DNA of 48,100 nt from a virus (lineage: Duplodnaviria; Caudoviricetes). The translations under genes were made by a program, and so were the position numbers. The notes beneath the pieces are model-generated. The model was not told where the DNA came from. It did not search any database and saw only the letters and a list, made by a program, of their open reading frames with translations. Shown in pieces: positions 43,728-48,100 of the stretch (positions are counted from its first letter, which is position 1; every line of letters begins with the position of its first letter). Location of the stretch: IMG/VR virus record IMGVR_UViG_3300027627_000419, positions 1 to 48,100 of that record, one strand, 5' to 3'.

Positions 43728-44597
43728 ATGGAACAATACATTCAAAAAGAAGAAGACCGCGACTCGTTGAGTCTTTATTTTCGAGAGAAGGCTTTGGTTG
43801 ACCCCATTCTGGAAAAGAGCGAAGAGAAGGCGCTGTTTATCGAGCTAAGAAAGACGAAAGATGAAGAGAGAAAAAGGGAAATTACAGAGAAGTTGATTCA
43901 TCACGGTCTTCGCCTTGTCGTTCTCATCTCTAAAGATTATGAGCGGTTTGGTTTGGAAAGAGAAGACCTTATTAGCGAGGGCAACATTGGTTTGCAAATC
44001 GCCGTCGAGAGATACGACCCAACAAATGCTTGCAAATTTTCATACTATGCAGGAATCTGGATTCGCCAGAAAATGACTCGCGCTTTGACAAATAAGAGCC
44101 GAACGATTCGTTTGCCAAGCAGAGTCGTGTCGCTTAAAATTGCGATGCTAAAATATAAAACAAAGTTTTCCAAGAAATTCTCAAGAAACCCAGAGTTAGA
44201 GGATTATTGCGCCGAATTTAAGGTTTGCGAAAGGAGAGTAAAAGAAGTTTTAGACTGCGAGTTCTCTAGTCAGTCTTTGAATAGTTTTACTGTGGGAAAA
44301 AACGGAGACAAAATAGAGTTTGGTTCTACGCTATTAGACTCGTCGGCTTTTCGAGCGGACGAATCGATGATGTCTAAAGAAAAACTTAAGTTGCTTGCCG
44401 TGTTTTTAAACAGGCTAAATGATAAAGAAAAAGACATTATTTCCAGAAGATTCGGCCTAGAGAAGCACGAACCTACTACGCTAGACGCCATCGGTAAGAA
44501 TTACGACGTAACAAGAGAAAGAATCAGACAGATAGAAGCTCAAGTGATCGCCAAACTTAAAGACATGATGTCAAAAGAGATGAAGATTAATACATGA
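43728..44597 (+). CDS. RpoD/RpoS-like sigma70 factor without region 1.1
   Basis: 'LRLVV.I.K.Y', 'EDLISEGNIGL..AVERYDP', 'FSYYAGIWIRQ', RTIRLP, 'TLDAIG....VTRERIRQIE'. Confidence 0.92.
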   Translation: MEQYIQKEEDRDSLSLYFREKALVDPILEKSEEKALFIELRKTKDEERKREITEKLIHHGLRLVVLISKDYERFGLEREDLISEGNIGLQIAVERYDPTNACKFSYYAGIWIRQKMTRALTNKSRTIRLPSRVVSLKIAMLKYKTKFSKKFSRNPELEDYCAEFKVCERRVKEVLDCEFSSQSLNSFTVGKNGDKIEFGSTLLDSSAFRADESMMSKEKLKLLAVFLNRLNDKEKDIISRRFGLEKHEPTTLDAIGKNYDVTRERIRQIEAQVIAKLKDMMSKEMKINT

Positions 44598-44902
44598 GAG
44601 AAACGTGCGTAGAGTTTATTCCTGTTGGTGGCTATTTTGAAATTGTCGGGCTAGAGAAACGGTTCAAAGGCTTAAGAGTAAAAAGGGTCACGGATTGCGC
44701 TGTTTTGGTGGAGGGGTACATAAAGAACGATACCGACGAGTTTGCCTCTTTGGGTAGCTATTCAATAAGCTGTCAAAGTCCTGTTCGAAGAATTTTCCCC
44801 AATGAGGAAAAAGCAGAGAAGGAAGAAAAGAAGAATTTTAAAAAAGAAGAGTCGGTGGTTAAAAGAAAGCGCGGTCGTCCGCGCAAAAATCCGCCCCAAT
44901 AG
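44594..44902 (+). CDS. Hypothetical protein with C-terminal AT-hook
   Basis: KRKRGRPRK. Confidence 0.7.
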   Translation: MRETCVEFIPVGGYFEIVGLEKRFKGLRVKRVTDCAVLVEGYIKNDTDEFASLGSYSISCQSPVRRIFPNEEKAEKEEKKNFKKEESVVKRKRGRPRKNPPQ

Positions 44903-44905
44903 AGG

Positions 44906-45481
44906 CTAGTCTTTCTTTGGTTCTTCCGGATTCTCAGCCTCCGGCTGGGGGTCTTTTTCTTTTTGGACAAAGGGGTTTTTAGATGTTTTCTTTGCTGCGG
45001 AAAAAGCTTTCCAGATAATCCACATAACCGAGCAAAGCCAAGCGATGACAATCCAATAGAGAACTAAAGCAGACCAATCGACCTTGGCTCCAGATTTTTC
45101 TTCTGTCATTGGGGAAAGAATGACAACTTCTCCCTGTGGGATTTCATCCGAGATTCTCGTGTCGTTTTTTGCAGAGATCGAACTCTTCTTATTTACTACT
45201 TCTACTTTATAATTTAATTTTCCGATTTTAATAGAGCTAGTCTCCCCTTTGGCTGGGAGAGGAATGCTTATTTCTTTAGGGGGCTGTTGAGTCTCTAGAG
45301 CGTTACCCTTTGAAACGCTGGCGTCGTTATTTATTTCTTTTTCGGAAACGAGCTTGTATGTTCCTTGCTTCGTTTTTACGAGATTCGATACATCTATTTT
45401 TTTTGGCCTTTGGACTCCGTCGTTCGTCGCGCAACCAGAAACTACGAGACAAGCCAAGAGAATAGATGATAAAAATTTCAT
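44906..45481 (-). CDS. Lipoprotein with C-terminal TM helix (unimolecular-spanin architecture)
   Basis: MKF-hydrophobic-VVSG|C lipobox; TM 'ALVLYWIVIAWLCSVMWIIW'. Confidence 0.55.
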   Translation of the reverse strand: MKFLSSILLACLVVSGCATNDGVQRPKKIDVSNLVKTKQGTYKLVSEKEINNDASVSKGNALETQQPPKEISIPLPAKGETSSIKIGKLNYKVEVVNKKSSISAKNDTRISDEIPQGEVVILSPMTEEKSGAKVDWSALVLYWIVIAWLCSVMWIIWKAFSAAKKTSKNPFVQKEKDPQPEAENPEEPKKD

Positions 45482-45482
45482 A

Positions 45483-45917
45483 TTAATTTTTTGATGCCGC
45501 TGTTGCACTCCCGAAATAATACCCGATAATAGCCATTAGGGATTGTCTGACTTCTGGAACAAGAAGGTAGCTAGGAAGTTCTATAAATTTAGTCGTCGTG
45601 CCTCCCCCGAACATTCCAAAGAAATACGTGGACAGAGTCTCGTCGTATTCGACGATGATGCTCTTTCCAATTAAAGCCATCCAGAACGGAGCAAGGATAA
45701 CCGCAAAAAGGATAAATAGGACAATCGTTCTTCTGACGAACTTGCCTGTGTCGCCGTCTCTACAAGCCGCTGCTTCCCTAGAGGCTTCGAGGAACTTCTC
45801 TTTTTCCATGAGCATGACGAACTGCTCTTGCCGCTCTCTGGCTCTTTCGGCCATATAACGGAAGATGAAACCAGCGATGCTTCCTCCCGCCAAGGTCATT
45901 AATTCTAACGGAATCAT
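45483..45917 (-). CDS. Multi-TM membrane protein (holin-like)
   Basis: Three hydrophobic segments; C-terminal 'AIIGYYFGS'; start moved to ATG 45917. Confidence 0.55.
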   Translation of the reverse strand: MIPLELMTLAGGSIAGFIFRYMAERARERQEQFVMLMEKEKFLEASREAAACRDGDTGKFVRRTIVLFILFAVILAPFWMALIGKSIIVEYDETLSTYFFGMFGGGTTTKFIELPSYLLVPEVRQSLMAIIGYYFGSATAASKN

Positions 45918-45931
45918 ACTAATATCTACAC
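45918..45931 (-). promoter_or_regulatory. GTGTA-N9-ATG motif
   Basis: GTGTA GATATTAGT ATG. Confidence 0.6.
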
Positions 45932-45937
45932 TTTTAT

Positions 45938-45972
45938 TTGACGTACTGCGGCCTGGGCGTATTTTATTCGTG
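45938..45972 (+). promoter_or_regulatory. Sigma70-type promoter, leaderless geometry
   Basis: TTGACG-16-TATTTT-7-ATG(45973). Confidence 0.55.
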
Positions 45973-46155
45973 ATGCCGCTGAAGATTAAGATAGTTGATA
46001 AGAAAAGATTCCTACAGGACATATTGGTTATTAATTATCTTTCATTTGAAATGGAGAAGGTCGCCCCAAGAGGCTACCAGAAATATTTAATTAAGCTCAG
46101 AAAGATAAGCAGAGAGATGAGCGATAAGATGATAAAGCAAGAAAAACGAGATTAA
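45973..46155 (+). CDS. Small basic hypothetical protein
   Basis: Start moved to ATG 45973 to avoid antisense overlap and to match the promoter. Confidence 0.55.
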   Translation: MPLKIKIVDKKRFLQDILVINYLSFEMEKVAPRGYQKYLIKLRKISREMSDKMIKQEKRD

Positions 46156-46157
46156 AT

Positions 46158-46298
46158 ATGTCTATTTTTAAAAGATTTTATGTCGCTTGGAAGATTATTA
46201 GATATGGCCATATTATCAAAGACAAGAGTATAAATTTTCCACATAAAGGTGGTTCTATTTCTCCGTATCCAATAAAAGATTGTTCTATTAATTATTAA
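46158..46298 (+). CDS. 46-aa hypothetical protein (absent from the ORF track)
   Basis: MSIFKRFYVAWKIIRYGHIIKDKSINFPHKGGSISPYPIKDCSINY*; fills the gap. Confidence 0.4.
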   Translation: MSIFKRFYVAWKIIRYGHIIKDKSINFPHKGGSISPYPIKDCSINY

Positions 46299-46305
46299 TT
46301 AAAAC

Positions 46306-46518
46306 ATGACTAAAAAAGAGTTTAACTTAAAAAAAGAAATAGATGAAATAATAAATCAAATAGATTCGTTAAAGGATAAGATAAAATTTTATGAAGAACA
46401 AAACGAAGAAGACGGATACGACGCTCTGGAAAACTGTATTGTCAATCTGGACGAATTTCAAGAAATACATAAACGGGACGCCGAATATCAAAGAATCAAA
46501 AAAGTCCTCAAAGAGTAA
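46306..46518 (+). CDS. Small coiled-coil protein
   Basis: Heptad-like E/K-rich sequence. Confidence 0.65.
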   Translation: MTKKEFNLKKEIDEIINQIDSLKDKIKFYEEQNEEDGYDALENCIVNLDEFQEIHKRDAEYQRIKKVLKE

Positions 46519-46576
46519 ATGCAAGAAAGAAAAATGCTCTAGTTGTGATTGCCCGCAAGATGATTAGTTTTTATCT

Positions 46577-47305
46577 ATGGCTGCCCCAAAAAATCAAGAC
46601 CGGACGGCAGAAGAAATAAAAGCCGGAATCTCTCTTAAAGAAGCTGAAATAAAAAAAATCCAAGCAGAGACTCGGCAGATAGAAACGCAGACTTGTAAAG
46701 CCGAGATGGAGACAGAAAGACTAAGGGAGCTTCGGATAAAAGAGAAAAGCACGGACGAGGAACATCATTTATACAGATTCTCCTCGGACGTCAGCTATCT
46801 TGCTGTTGAGGCTTGCATGTCGAAGCTAACGGAGTGGCACAGAAGAGATGGCAAATGTGCGATAGAAATCGTCTTCTCATCGCCGGGGGGCAGCATTATT
46901 GACGGATTTGAACTTTTTGATTTTTTACAGGATTTAAGAAATCAAGGACACAAGCTTACAACGGGCTCTCTCGGAATGGCTGCGTCTATGGCTGGCGTTC
47001 TTCTGCAAGCCGGAGACGTTCGTTGGCTTGGTCATCAATCTTGGTTGATGATTCATCGCGCCGCCTTCGGAGCGATTGGCAAAACTTACGAAGTAGAAGA
47101 CGAGGTTCGATTTATAAAGAGGATCGAAGACAGAATCGTTGATATTTTCACCTCCCGTTCCAAGCTTACAAAGAACAAAATAAGAAGGAATTGGGACAGA
47201 AAAGATTGGTGGATAGATGCCGATGAGAGCTTGGAGTTAAAGCTCATTGACGAAATTAGATCCATAATGCCGGAACATTCAGTAAACAAGAATAGAAAGA
47301 AATAA
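46577..47305 (+). CDS. clpP: ClpP-family serine protease with N-terminal coiled coil
   Basis: SPGG, AASMA (Ser), MIH (His), 'D.W..A.E.L...LIDEI' (Asp); TAGTTT lies 6 nt before the ATG. Confidence 0.85.
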   Translation: MAAPKNQDRTAEEIKAGISLKEAEIKKIQAETRQIETQTCKAEMETERLRELRIKEKSTDEEHHLYRFSSDVSYLAVEACMSKLTEWHRRDGKCAIEIVFSSPGGSIIDGFELFDFLQDLRNQGHKLTTGSLGMAASMAGVLLQAGDVRWLGHQSWLMIHRAAFGAIGKTYEVEDEVRFIKRIEDRIVDIFTSRSKLTKNKIRRNWDRKDWWIDADESLELKLIDEIRSIMPEHSVNKNRKK

Positions 47306-47730
47306 TGAGCTTACGCGGTAGGGATAGACTCTCTTGGCCGGAAACAGCGCTTAAACTCGCTTTTAATATTGCGGAGTACAGAAGTGAAGACCCATACATT
47401 CAAGTCGGCGCAGTGGCCGTTAAACACGACGGTTCAATACTCCTAGGATACAACGGCGCACCGTCTGGAGTGGATATAGATTGGTCGGATAGAGACGAGA
47501 GAAGGAAGCGCGTTCTCCACGCGGAAGCAAATGTTCTTAATTTTGCAAAACCAGATGAAGTTAATTTTTTAGCCGTGACACATCTTCCGTGTCCGGAATG
47601 CCTCAAGACAATAAAGCAAAAAAAGATTAAAGAAGTATATTATTCTTCTGTTTTAGAAGGTTGCTCCCCAGAATTAACAATACAGCTAGCTAAAGAATTT
47701 AAAATTAACCTAAAGAAACTTAGACATTGA
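47305..47730 (+). CDS. dCMP deaminase
   Basis: RSEDP..QVGA, GYNG.P, HAEAN, PCPEC. Confidence 0.92.
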   Translation: MSLRGRDRLSWPETALKLAFNIAEYRSEDPYIQVGAVAVKHDGSILLGYNGAPSGVDIDWSDRDERRKRVLHAEANVLNFAKPDEVNFLAVTHLPCPECLKTIKQKKIKEVYYSSVLEGCSPELTIQLAKEFKINLKKLRH

Positions 47731-47755
47731 CATTTTGCCAAAGAAGCAGAATGAT
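47727..47755 (+). promoter_or_regulatory. Sigma70-type promoter
   Basis: TTGACA-17-AATGAT; the -35 contains the upstream TGA stop. Confidence 0.55.
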
Positions 47756-47781
47756 GAAGATGGTTAAGACGCCAAACGACT

Positions 47782-48024
47782 ATGAAACCAACAAAATACG
47801 CCAAATTCCTTCTAATCGCTCTGATTCTGTCCGGTTGCGCCACAAGCGGCGGCAAGAATACGACTAACGCAAGACAGATTAAAGCTCCCCGCAAGCATAT
47901 GATAACGAAAGTTTTCAATCTTGAAGCTTCTCATTGCCCAATCATCCTTCACGGAGGGGCGGTCAACGGTAACAACCACAACCCCCACCACAACCCCCAC
48001 CACCAGCCAGAAATGACGAAATAA
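47782..48024 (+). CDS. Small lipoprotein with His-rich tail
   Basis: Lipobox ILSG|C; HNPHHNPHHQP encoded by the 12-nt repeat CACAACCCCCAC x2 (47977-48000). Confidence 0.65.
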   Translation: MKPTKYAKFLLIALILSGCATSGGKNTTNARQIKAPRKHMITKVFNLEASHCPIILHGGAVNGNNHNPHHNPHHQPEMTK

Positions 48025-48100
48025 TCATGATTAAGCAGACCTACAGAGTCTTCTACAGGCAATGGCTCGATTATTTTGATTTTCTTGAGGTAAAAGTCGC

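Overview
The window looks like part of a large, AT-rich, lytic-type dsDNA phage genome read in the standard genetic code. Weak clues point to a Verrucomicrobiota/PVC host. From left to right: (1) the 3' part of a Cys-rich repeat protein, probably a virion protein; (2) a ~28 kb minus-strand block (2934-31153) with a self-sufficient replisome (family-C polymerase split into PHP, 3'-5' exonuclease and DnaE genes; primase, DnaB, RecA, PD-(D/E)XK nuclease, SSAP- and SSB-like proteins), class Ia RNR and dNMP kinase, interleaved with sugar-modifying genes; (3) after a divergence point at ~31.2 kb, a mostly plus-strand block with a GC-rich island, HNH and SET-domain genes, more glycosyltransferases, two sigma factors, a candidate holin/u-spanin pair, a ClpP-like protease and dCMP deaminase. 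The main signals read directly from the DNA are: a recurring TTGAC-N16-18-(-10) promoter placed 6-8 nt from start codons (leaderless mRNAs), often built on the upstream TGA stop; a second motif, GTGTA-N9-ATG (candidate late promoter); a promoter-led, helix-rich ~400-nt non-coding element at 30315-30717; and an 18-codon relic of a deleted NDP-sugar epimerase. I saw no tRNA, rRNA, CRISPR array, integrase or transposase. All family assignments come from motif recognition by eye, not database searches.
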